Positions 11,334-21,478 of a DNA stretch of 34,840 nt are shown piece after piece. Under the pieces are notes generated by a model that was given only the letters and a program-made list of their open reading frames with translations, was not told the origin of the DNA and made no database searches. Source of the DNA: Octopus bimaculoides (taxonomy: Eukaryota); NCBI RefSeq assembly GCF_001194135.2, contig NC_068996.1, positions 37,139,728 through 37,174,567 on the forward strand. Reading direction: 5' to 3'. Every line of letters starts with the position of its first letter. The stretch's first letter is position 1. The translations under genes and the position numbers were made by a program.

Positions 11334-12331
11334 TTATTGTTTTTGAAGAACAGGAGACAAATCTGAAGTGTTTTCTATGATCTGGATAACCATTCCACCA
11401 TCCAGAAGAGACGTAGCTGTTTGAGAGAGAGGAGAAGAAAAACAGGTGTGAGAGTCAAAGATGGCTTTGTCATCAATAACATAGCTACACTCTTGACACA
11501 TATAATACTGTTTCTCGTCAAAATTTTCATTAGTGATGTCCATTGTCTCCACATAGATCTCATTAACCTCTTGTAGTTTATTTTCAATATTTCCACTATT
11601 GTCTGTACTATAATTTACAATCTCTTTCTCTGCTCCTGCTCCATGATGAGATCGCATATGTGATTTTAATGAAGACTTGTAACGAGTAGAACAATCACAA
11701 GACGAGCACTTGTAGGCTTTCGCATCACTATGGGAAAGCATATGAGACTTTAAGGAACGTGCCTCGCGGAATGATGAGCCACATGTATGGCAAAGGTTAG
11801 GACGATTTTCTGAATGTTTTGCAAGATGTGACCTAAGGTTACTTTTGTCATTAGTAGCAAAATTGCAAACTTGACAAATGAATGGTTTCAATCCAGAATG
11901 TTTAAGAACATGCTCTTTAAGGTTTTTCTTCCATGCAGTCCGAAAATCACAAAGATCACATTTGTAGCATCTTTCCCCAGTGTGAATTCTTAGATGATGT
12001 TCCAAATCCCGTGGTGATCCTGTCCGATAATCACATTGTAGGCAACAAAGTGGCTTTGATGGATTACTGCTGCATTTGTGGTCGCGTACCTCTTCAGAAG
12101 ATTTAAAACCAAGTTGGCACAGTGAACAACGGTGAGGGCGTCGCACCATCCTGCATGCAAAATCTTGATGGAATTTCAATGTCAACATAGTTGCAAATGT
12201 CTTAAAGCAGTCTTTACACTGGTTTGGTTTCACTTCTTTCCCTAATTTATGAAGTTGCTTTTCATGGCGCTGCAAATGATGAGGGTGAAAAAAAGCAGCA
12301 GAACAATAACTGCATTTGTAATGGCGTTCCT
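11334..12331 (-). CDS. C2H2 zinc-finger gene, last coding exon (all 9 fingers)
   Basis: The listed ORF 11334..12275 extends upstream in frame to the acceptor ttttttatgtttttcag|AG GAA CGC (exon starts at 12331). It encodes CSYC..HEKQLH, CKDC..HQDFAC, CSLC..HKC, five tandem fingers with TGERCY/SGLKPF/SENRPN/SDAKAY linkers, and CQEC..HTC. Stop TAA at 11334-11336. Confidence 0.93.
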
Positions 12332-12621
12332 CTGAAAAACATAAAAAAAGAAAAAGAAAGAAATTAAAGAATTTGTCAGTTTACTGTTCAAAGAAACTTG
12401 AAATAAGTGTTTTTTTACAAATACACCAAAAATTATTACAAAGAGAAAGAATTTATTACATGTGTTTAAATTTCAAAACAGAAATAGCAGAAAATGATAT
12501 TAATGGGATGGAACTGAAGTCATAATATGTTGAATTATGGAATATCTAATTTAGGAACATCCATAATAATAAACTAATCTCCATAAACCCTAAAGTATTA
12601 ATAATATGAGTTACATAGTTA

Positions 12622-12841
12622 GTAATACTGATTTCAGATTTTAGCACAAGGCCAGCAGGTTTAGGGGAGGGCACCAGTTGCTTACATCAACCTCAGTGTT
12701 CAACAGGTACTTATTTTATCAACCCCAGAAGGATGAAAGGTAAAGTCGATCTCAGCAGAATTTAAACTCAGAACATGAAGATGGACTAAATGCTGCCAAG
12801 CATTTTGCCCAGTGTGCTAACAATTCTGCCAGATTGCAGCC
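12622..12841 (-). mobile_element. SINE family B
   Basis: Reverse complement of the family B consensus: gcacaaggcc..ggatgaaaggtaaagtcga..gaatttaaactcagaac..gctaacaattctgccag. Confidence 0.85.
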
Positions 12842-13345
12842 TCATAGTTGGTAATGAGTGGTGGACTACTTTGTGACGACATCAAAACAGTTCATTTCAT
12901 TATTACATTTGTTGTTGTTGTTGTTGTTGTTAAGGCGGCGAGCTGGCAGAATCATCCATCTTCATGTTCTGACTTCAAATTCTGCTGAGGTTGACTTTGC
13001 CTTTTGTCCTTTCAGGGTCAATAAATTAAGGACAAGTGAGACACTNNNNNNNNNNATGAAATTGGCCAGTCCCCTCTCCCCAAATTTCAGGCCTTGTGCC
13101 TTTTAGTAGAAAGGCTGATTATTATTATTATTATGCAATGTATTGTAAGAAACAGTGTGTCAGGGAAATGCCTTGACATAGTTGTTCCAGTCTTTTGTGT
13201 TTTGAGTTCAAGTCTTTGCTTTTCTTCACTGTGGAGTCAATGAAATAAAGTATCAGTCTGAATGTTTAGTGGTGGGGGTCAACTAAGCCCTACATCTAAA
13301 AACTTCTGGCTATGTGCCTAAATCAGAAACTATTATTATTATTAT

Positions 13346-13881
13346 TGAGTGAGAGAGCAGTGCATGCTATCAAAGTGAGACAGGGGGTAAAATATACAAA
13401 GCCCAATATACTCATCATGACTACCCGTCTGATAAGGGTACACCGGGCACATGCATCACAACCATATGTACGCAACATGGTGATCTCATATCAAGATAAA
13501 CAACGCATGACCTTGCAGGTGGGGCCCAATTAGAATTTTCTTCAAGTCAAGTAGCCCATCCCGCTCAAATGGTCCCTGAATATGTTTATGGATGATGAAC
13601 AAAATACCCATGTTTCCGAAGGTGAATTATCCAAACCCCAAAGACTATGATGCTCCCCCACTACTTCTGCTCATGATCAGAGATGCACATATCATCAGCC
13701 ACCAAGGGACATGCTCAACTGGTTAAGGTCAAACAACTGACAAGCAAATCTGTGGTATTAAGCAGAATATTTGATGTAGCCCATCTTTTATACCAAGACA
13801 AGACAATGTACATGATAACACTTCCAATCAATTAAGATCAGAAGCCATAAGAGCCACTGCCTGGTATTGCATCAGGGCATT
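13346..13881 (-). repeat. Unclassified interspersed repeat (about 535 bp) bounded by (ATT)n
   Basis: A higher-complexity block interrupting the SINE chain, with ATT repeats on both sides. Recalled as an abundant octopus repeat, but only one copy is present here. Confidence 0.45.
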
Positions 13882-14722
13882 TATTATTATTTTTAGTATT
13901 ATTATTAAGGGCATTTCATCCATCATTATATTCCGAGTTCAAATTCTGTTTAGGTCAACTTTGCCTTTCATCCTTTTAGAGTCAATGAAATAAGCACCAG
14001 TTGAGCACTGGAGGGGTCAATGTAATCAACTAGCCCTCCCCTCCTCCAAAGTTTCAGGTCTTATGCCTACAGTAAAAAGGATTATTATTGTTACTAGGGG
14101 CATTTCATCTTGTCTTTACATTCTGAGTCCAAACTCTGCAGAGGTTGACTTTGCCTTTCATGGTTGATAAAATAAGTACTAGTTAAGTACTCATGTTAAT
14201 GTAATCAACTTGTTCCCTCCCCTTAAAATTTCATCCCATAGTAAACAGTATTATTATGGCAGCAAGCTGGCAGAATTGTTAGCACACCAGGCGAAATGTT
14301 TAGCAGTATTTCGTCTGTTGCTACGTTCTGAGTTCAAATTCCACTGAGGTCCACTTTGTCTTTCATCCTTACAGGGTCAATAAAAGAAGGAGTCAATGTA
14401 ATTGACTAGTCCTCTCCTCCAAAATTTCAGGCCTTGTGCCTTTGGTAGAAAGGATTGATACTATTATTATTATTATTATTGTGGCAAGCTGACAGAATCA
14501 TTAGCATGCTAGGCAAAATGCTCAGTGGTATTTCATCCATCTTTACGTACCAAGTTCAAATTCTGCTGAGGTCAACTTTACCTTTCATCCTCATGGGGAT
14601 TAATAAATTAAGTACTCGTTGAACACTGGGGTTGACGTAATCGAATAGTCCCTTCCCCAAAAATTTCAGTCCATGTGTCTTTAGTAGAAAGGATTGTTGT
14701 TGTTATTATTATTATTATTATA

Positions 14723-15107
14723 AGGTGCAGGAGTGGCTGTGTGGTAAGAAGCTTGCTTACCAACCACATGGTTTCAGGTTCAGTCCCACTGCGTGGCACT
14801 TTGGGCAAATGTCTTCTACTATAGCCTCGGGCTGACCATAACCTTGTGAGTGAATTTAGCAGATGGAAACAGAAAGAAGCCCATCATATATATATATATA
14901 TGTATATATATTTGTGTGCATGTCTGAGTCTGTCCCACCCACCATCACTTGACAACCGATGTTGGTGTGTTTACGTCCCCATAACTTAACGGTTCGGCAA
15001 AAGAGGCCGATAAAATAAGTACTAGGCTTACAAAGGGTTGATTTGTTCGATTAAAGGCGGTGCTCCAGCATGGCCAAAGTCAAATGACTGAAGCAAGTAA
15101 AAGAATA
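14723..15107 (+). mobile_element. SINE family A, best-preserved full-length copy
   Basis: ggtgcaggagtggctgtgtggtaagaagcttgct..ggttcagtcccactgcgtggcac..(TA)n..cttgacaaccgatgttggtgtg..agtaaaagaata. Confidence 0.9.
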
Positions 15108-15638
15108 AGGTGGTGAGCTGGCAGAATTGGTAGCATGCCAGGAGAAGTATTTAGTGGCATTTTGCCTGTCTTTACATTCTGAGTTCAAATTCCACCAAGG
15201 TCAACTTTGCCTTTCATCCTTCCAGGGTCGATAAAATAAGTACCAGTTAAACACTAGGGTCAGTGTAATCAACTTAACCCCTTCCCTGAAATTGCTGGCC
15301 TTGTACCAAAATTTGAAAACATTATTATTATTATTATTATTATTATTAAGGCAGTGAGATGGCAGAATCATTAGCGTGCTGGACGAAATGCTTAGTGGTC
15401 GACTTTGCCTTTCATCTTTTGGGATTGATTAAGTAAGTACCAGTTATGCACTGAGTTCGATGTAAGCTGTTCCCTTCCCCCAAATTTCAGGCCTTGTGCT
15501 TACAGCAGAAAGGATTATTATTATTATTATTATTATTATTATTTCTATAAGACAGAATCATTAGAGCATCAGACAAAATTTCTTTTAGTATTTCTTTCAA
15601 TTCTTTATGTTCTGAGTTCGATTCCCACTTTACCTTAA

Positions 15639-15835
15639 CCCTTTTGCATTCAGATTATTTTGCCAAATGGAATGCTTGTTTATTCATATATTTTTAATTA
15701 ACCATGTATTATTTCATAGCTTTGAGATTTTAAGGACGTGATTGCTTAGTTTTAGAAGGACATTGTAGGGTAGGTGTGAGAGGCTGGATCTGGGTCGTTT
15801 GAACATAAAACAGGCAGAATATGGCCGGATAATCA
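15639..15835 (+). mobile_element. piggyBac-like MITE, right TIR missing
   Basis: TTAA|CCCTTTTGCATTCAGATTA..gtagggtaggtgtgagagg..tttgaacataaaacagg..ggccggata. Confidence 0.7.
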
Positions 15836-16039
15836 GATATATGTCACCCTTTTGTTTTAAGATTAAAGTATCATTGAAATATAGAGAATTGAAGTGAATG
15901 TAACATGAAAACTTACATTAAATGAAATAAAAATCATTTTGTAAAATATTGAAAATATTATCCCTCTAAAAGTTATAATGAAAAACACTATATCTATATA
16001 AGAGGGGTTAAATTAAAAATCTAAATTTTAATATCATTT

Positions 16040-16312
16040 TAGAAACAGGATCTTGGTGACCCTGCCAGTGCTGATGCATCCAGTTCACACTAAAGTGGTT
16101 GGCATTTGGAAGGGCATCCAGCTGTAAAAACCATGCCAAAACAAACCTTGCCAGTGCTGGTGAAACATAAAAAGCACAGTTCACTCTGTAAACGAAAACA
16201 AACCATGAAGTCTGGGGCAGTCTTTTGCCTAGCTAGGCCCTGACTAACTGTCCAACCCATGCCAGCATGGAAAATGGTCGTTAAATGATGATGATGATGA
16301 TGATGATGATAA
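16040..16312 (+). mobile_element. RTE 3' tail fragment
   Basis: agtggttggcatttggaagggcatccagctgta..ccaacccatgccagcatggaaaatggtcgttaaa followed by (TGA)n. Confidence 0.8.
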
Positions 16313-16429
16313 CAACAATGAATTAATTCTACCAGAACCTTCTTCATAGAATCTGATTTGATTATTTTCGGTGCAGAAAATAGTCACATTACTGTCTGCA
16401 GAATTGGAAATTTTAATACTTATTAATTT

Positions 16430-16650
16430 TTACATTCAGTCAGAGTAAGACATTTTTACCAACCCTGACCCCACAGCTTTGCACAGCATTCCATTCTTTA
16501 TAGCTACTCCCACCACTTACATGTGTTGGACATAGCTTACTCTAGCACAACATCTCACCTCTATCATCTCTTTACCATGAGGTTCAGCCTTTCTTCAGAT
16601 CAGCTTTCACCACTTCATCCCTATGTCTTCCTCTCACACAGGTAAACTTC
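16430..16650 (-). mobile_element. Old RTE ORF-end fragment
   Basis: The minus strand reads RKT*DEVVKADLKK, homologous to RKTWDEMVKHDLQT of the main RTE. Confidence 0.5.
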
Positions 16651-16879
16651 CATTTGGATCATTTGGTACTTCTTTATCTAATTGCTGTAATTCAGAAATG
16701 TCACATGTCAGTATCAACACAGTCTTCTCTCATGCCAAGGGGCAGCCCATAACTATGCAAGGAACAATTGTCACTGTGAGGTATTTTCAAATATCCACAT
16801 ACCCAGGAATACAAGATACTGTACAGCAATGATGCATATCATGTGCAAAACTGAACTGAAAATATAAGCACAGGATATA

Positions 16880-17048
16880 CTAGTGGGTGCTGAAAAGTTC
16901 CTGGTTTTAAGGGTATGATGGAGGCCCCACCTAAGTTCTTTTACAGGACTTAGAAAAACTGAAGGACCACTGCAATAAGAGTGTGAATCTGAAAGGGGAA
17001 TATGTATTTTCTTTTACCCAAAGCCAGGAACTTTTCAGTACTCCCCCA
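16880..17048 (+). mobile_element. Mariner-derived MITE (169 bp)
   Basis: About 35-bp TIRs (..GTGCTGAAAAGTTCCTGG(T/C)TTT..GGGTA) with TA on both flanks. The interior keeps a mariner C-terminal remnant LEKLKDHCNKSVNLKGEYV. Confidence 0.8.
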
Positions 17049-17050
17049 TA

Positions 17051-17217
17051 TGAAGATCTCATTGATAATGGCAACTAGACTGAAAGAATAAAATACACAC
17101 AGGGACCATTTTGCTTCAAAATAGATGAGCTCTAAGTAACTGAAGAATTTTTGGCTTATAAATTTCTGACAGACACGCACAAATAAAATAACTGGGGACT
17201 TTGGTAATGCCACCTTA
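17051..17217 (+). mobile_element. Right end of an older Tc1/mariner element
   Basis: Terminus ggggactttggtaatgccacctta|TA resembles the reverse complement of the 27729 TIR. Preceded by an RLKE..HRDHF-like C-terminal remnant. Confidence 0.4.
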
Positions 17218-17519
17218 TATCATGTTTTTAAGTACAATGAGAAAACTCAATATGAATATAAGTTTTTTTCTCATCAAAAACACTGACAGACTCTATTCAT
17301 TCAATGTCTGTTTTTCCAAACAAGCATGTATTTGAAGCAGGATATTACAGCTGATGTTCTTTCTTACATTTTTTTCAAATAAGGATATTTTTTTAAATTC
17401 CATACAGAGCAACTAACCACAATGTTAACAAGGAAAAAGATATCAAATCACCATTTTGCTCAAGCATAGCCATAAGGTGTCAACATTTATACACACACAC
17501 AACCATCACCACCACAACT

Positions 17520-17765
17520 GCTAATGTTTTAACATCCACTTTTTTTTCTGTGTTTGCATGGATCAGGTAATATTTTACTAAGGCAGATTTTCCACAGTCA
17601 AATATTCTTCCTGCTGGCAATCCTCCCCTGTTTCCAAGCAAGGCAATATTTTCCCATGGCAGGATATGCTTTCGCAGAAAATTGAAAATGAACAACACTA
17701 CATGAATAACAATGATGTTCATTTACATCAAGTGATGCCAAGGCAGGAGATACACACACACATAC
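17520..17765 (-). mobile_element. SINE-like tail family D (shares the RTE-type terminus)
   Basis: Reverse complement reads ccatgggaaaatattgccttgcttggaaacaggggaggattgccagcaggaag..gaaaatctgcctt..gtggatgttaaaa. Related pieces at 6025-6158 plus 9874-9960, 10310-10420 (-) and 22625-22716. Confidence 0.65.
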
Positions 17766-17804
17766 AGTTATTAATATATATGTGACATGTTGTTTTCAGT
17801 ATCA

Positions 17805-18130
17805 TCATCATCATCAACAAAAACATTTAACATCCGTTTTCTATGCTGGCATGGGATAGACGGCTTGACAGGATAGACAAGGCCAGAGGCTACACCAGTT
17901 TTCATAGTCTGTTTTGGCTTGGTTTCTACAACTAGATGCCCTTCTTAATGCCAGTGTGTACTGGGTGCTTTTTACATGGCACCATCACCAGTGCTTTTTA
18001 CAAGACACCTTCATTTTAAGATTGCAATTCTGTTGAGGTGGACAGGTTTTATCTGTTTACCAAAATCCATTCTCAAGGCTTTAGTTGATCCAGAAAAAAC
18101 TCTTTGCTTAAGATGCCTTGCAGTGGGACT
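17805..18130 (-). mobile_element. RTE 3' tail fragment
   Basis: (TCA)n then aacatccgttttctatgctggcatggg..ctagatgcccttcttaatgcca..gggtgctttttacatggcacc. Confidence 0.7.
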
Positions 18131-18424
18131 AACCCCAAAGCTATGTTCTTGACCACAGTCATGCCTATGTCAATAAAAAGAAGTTAAAACTTATAAAGAA
18201 TTATTGCAAAAAACCCCAAAAAAACTGCATAATGTTAAATGATTGAACAGATGCAAGACACATTAGAAAAAGAGCTGATAACAGAGGATAAAGGAAGACA
18301 GTTTAAATAAAAATATTTAATAATCAAATATTCAGAATCAAATTTTACCGGTGAGTGTGTTAAATTATAAAGCACAAAAAGAAAAGGACTCTCCCCAGAC
18401 ACAACAAAATATTCAGGAACTTAC

Positions 18425-19230
18425 CAAAATCAGCATCTTGAATTCTACTGAGCCAAACATCATTTCTTCTTTTACGTTTTGGTTCACTTTCTTCAGGTAA
18501 ATCAGATTTTATATCACTTTTCTTGGTTCCATTCGTATCTTGTTCTTTACATTCAGATGACTCAACTACAAATTCTTCTAGAATATTTTCTTCACCATTT
18601 GGTTGAACAGAATTGTCTACTTTCTCTGCAACATCTATATTTTTTTCAGAATTTAAAACTGGAGAACTTAACGAATTACAAACTGGATCAACATCAGCAG
18701 GCTGTTCAAATATTGTTGCAATTTTGTCTTCAATACTAGAATCAAGCAACTGTTCTTTTGCCAGTTCTTCTTTTGCCAGTTCTTCTTTTGCTGTTTCTTC
18801 TTTTAAAGAGTCCGCAGCAGTGGAGGCATCATCTTGGCCACCACCACTACCATCACCACCACCATCATCATCACCATCATCATCATCACTACCATTAGAT
18901 ATTGTAGTTCTTTTACACTCTTGGGAATGACTTTCATTAGAAACACTGCCAGACATAGCACGATCGTCTGCCTGGTAGTGTTGTAGGCTTATTAGTACTT
19001 CAGCTGTCTCTCCACTTTCCTGGTCAACCAATCTGGCCTGAGAACCAGTAGCAGAGAGATCCCAGTTTGGCTGTACCAGAGTCACAGGTTCATTGCTGTA
19101 CTGATCGTGGTTTATGCTAGCCTCATCTTTCACCTCATGGCAACTTTCATTAAGATTTTCAATCTGTACAGTAACCTTCTCACAAGGATCAATGCACTCT
19201 AAAAAATTGTTCTTCAACTCAAGTTTATTT
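18425..19230 (-). CDS. Zinc-finger gene internal exon (acidic low-complexity region, basic NLS-like PKRKRR)
   Basis: Acceptor ctattttcag| at 19230 and donor GATTTTG|gtaagt at 18425. The 806-nt frame is open. The phase-1 exit joins G|AG to the 12331 exon (..DADFEERHYKCSYC..) and the phase-2 entry matches the 20921 donor. Confidence 0.85.
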
Positions 19231-19292
19231 CTGAAAATAGATGGGAAATGGAATTAAAGATAATACAATCTACCAAATTCAAAAAATAACAA

Positions 19293-19420
19293 ATTCACTC
19301 ACAAGGGTTTGGTTGGCCTGATATTATAGTAAAAGACACTAGCCCAAGGTGCCACACAGTGGAACTGAACCCAGAATCATGTGGTTGGGAAGCAAGTTTC
19401 TTACTACACAACCATGCCTG
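19293..19420 (-). mobile_element. SINE family A head and core
   Basis: cccaaggtgccacacagtggaactgaacccagaatcatgtggttgggaagcaagtttcttactacacaaccatgcctg. Confidence 0.85.
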
Positions 19421-19739
19421 TATATGTATGTATGTACGCGTATGTATGTATGTATGTATGTATGTATGTATATATATATATATTTTATGGGTGGTGCACC
19501 AGTATGGCCTCAGTCTCTGGCTGAAACCAGTAAAAGAATAAAAGAATATCATACATAGAAAGTGTTTTCTACCATAGCCCATGCCAGTTGATGCCCCATG
19601 AATGAATTTAAGAGACTAAAACTGTGCAAGAACCCATCATGCATTTGTGTATATGTGAGCATACATAAATACACGTGCGCGTGCATGCAAATCTGATAGG
19701 CTGCTTTTACTTTTTACTTTTTCTACCAAATTCATTCCT

Positions 19740-19852
19740 AATGCTTTGGTCAGTTCGAGATTATAGTAAAAGGCATTTGCCCAAAGTGCAGCACAATGGA
19801 CTGAACCTGAGACCATGTGGTTGGAAAGCAAACTTCACAACCACATAGCCAC
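19740..19852 (-). mobile_element. SINE family A head and core
   Basis: ttgcccaaagtgcagcacaatggactgaacctgagaccatgtggttggaaagc. Confidence 0.75.
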
Positions 19853-20494
19853 ATCAGCAAACAATTTGATTACCTAAAGTAGTACAGTAATTGATTATTA
19901 TTTTTATTACATACCAGACTACTTGTGACCTGTTGGGTCACTGATGGTTCAGGTAATAAAACATTAAACCTGATTTCAACATTACATTGAAATGAAAATT
20001 AATTTTACAATGATTTAGTTAAATATTTCAATTCGTTCATGTCATCATTATTTCTGGTTTACAAATTCATGTTTAAGGTTTTATTGATTATTTACAGCAT
20101 CTAACAGAAATAGAACTTCCAGGATAAACCTGAACTCCAGTAACAGCATTTATTTATGGCATACGTGCACACTTCTACAAAAATGCAAAAGGAATTGTTA
20201 TAGAACATAACACACAGGGTATTTTCCCCATTATGTGCCATTTTGGCTATTTATGAAGGTACCCAAAGAAAACGTGTATCCATAGTCTAATTTATGCAAA
20301 ACTTATTTTTTATTCCATTTGTATTCACATTTCAGGGGTACCTTGCTTTCAGAGTATTTTCCAATTATGTGGGGAGTTGGCTGTTTTAAATTACAGACAA
20401 GCAAGCAAGCAAACACAGAGTTTTCTCATGGAAACTCTGGGAAACTGGCCCTTATGAGTCAGCATAACTCAAGAAGGTAATTTTACTTTTACCT

Positions 20495-20775
20495 GTTAGT
20501 ACTGATGCCTCATAAAAAGCACTGGTGCTGGTGCCTTGTAAAAAACACTGGTGCTGGCGCCTTATAAAAAGCACTGGTGCTGGTGCCACGTAAAGAGTAC
20601 TGGCACTGGTGCCATATAAAAAGCTCCTAGTACACTCTATAAAGTAGTTGGCATTAGAAAGAGTATCCAGCTGTAGAAACCATGCCTGTGCAGCTATCTA
20701 GCAAGCCAGCTCCCATCAAACTGTCCAAACTATGCCAGCAAAGAAAACAAACATTAAATGATGATGAAGATGATT
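20495..20775 (+). mobile_element. RTE 3' tail fragment with 4 x 26-bp internal tandem repeat
   Basis: TAAAAAGCACTGGTGCTGGTGCCNNN x4 (20513-20616), then tacactc..gttggcattagaaagagtatccagctgtagaaacc..ttaaatgatgatga. Confidence 0.8.
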
Positions 20776-20920
20776 AACTCACAGAAAACAGAGAGAACAC
20801 AGTACAAGGTGCAGTGTTTATAGAGAGTGTAAAAACTACAAAGGAGTAAGCAGAATGGTACATTAAAAGAACAATTACAAAAGTAATAATAATGAAAATG
20901 CATATGAAATGAGAACTTAC

Positions 20921-21101
20921 TTATCATAGAGTTTGAAGAAAAATTCTAATAATCCATTTTCATCAAGGCTCATCTCATCACGAATACACTGAAATCTTTC
21001 AGCATTCTCCCTTGTAAATATTAAAGATACAAACTTCTGTGTTCCCATAATGCAAAATTGTTTAATTTTGTGATTTCCAACTCTACCATCACTTCTTTCA
21101 A
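20921..21101 (-). CDS. Zinc-finger gene upstream exon; first in-frame ATG at 21048 (MGTQK), true start may lie further upstream
   Basis: Acceptor ttatttttctcattgcag| at 21101 and donor GATAA|gtaagt at 20921. AA|A joins in frame to the 19230 exon (..KLYDKNKLELK..). From ATG 21048 the three exons total 1932 nt, or 643 aa plus stop. Confidence 0.75.
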
Positions 21102-21147
21102 CTGCAATGAGAAAAATAATAAAATTTTGAAACATTTATTGAGCTAT

Positions 21148-21260
21148 AGCTGCAGGAACAGCTGTATGGCTAAGAAGCTCACTATCATCTACTATCACCC
21201 TCAATGTCCTCACATATCCACCACAACTGAGGTGTTTAGTATCAAAGTGTCCTAAGTACC
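21148..21260 (+). mobile_element. SINE family A head, degenerate
   Basis: agctgcaggaacagctgtatggctaagaagctcact..; B-box not well retained. Confidence 0.35.
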
Positions 21261-21301
21261 ACCCTGGCCATTTTCGAAGTTAGTATATCATTTTCTTTGA
21301 C

Positions 21302-21478
21302 TCATCATCATCGTCGTTGTTTAACGTCCGCTTTCATGCTGGTATGGGGTGGACGGTTTGACTGAGGGCTGACAAGCCAGAAGGTTGTACCAAGCTCCAA
21401 TCTGATCTAGCAACGTTTATACAGCTGGATGACTTTCCTAATGCCAACCACTCCAAAAGTGTAGTGGGTGCTTTTACG
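21302..21478 (-). mobile_element. RTE 3' tail fragment
   Basis: tcatcatcatcgtcgttgtttaacgtccgctttcatgctgg..gtgtagtgggtgcttttacg. Confidence 0.85.

Larger units (their letters stand above)
12932..15634 (+). repeat. Head-to-tail chain of 9 family B SINE copies or fragments plus one family A copy and one unclassified repeat
   Basis: B copies start near 12932, 13170, 13907, 14097, 14257, 14481, 15107, 15348 and 15550. Most carry GAGTTCAAATTC (B-box) and CTTTGCCTTTCATCC and end in (ATT)n. Confidence 0.85.

Noticed and set aside
13860-13871. CCTGGTATTGCA, identical to 12 nt near the U2 snRNA 3' end
   Set aside because: The match does not extend and lies within a repeat, so chance is likely.
14723-14800. 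tRNA-like heads of SINE families A and B as tRNA genes
   Set aside because: They have A/B boxes but no complete cloverleaf, and they continue into SINE bodies.
12932-15634. CRISPR-like or satellite interpretation of the repeated units
   Set aside because: The units are about 200-bp diverged SINEs of unequal length with no unique spacers, in eukaryotic DNA.
18479-18930. Plus-strand ORFs overlapping the ZNF linker exon
   Set aside because: Antisense shadows of a low-complexity coding exon.
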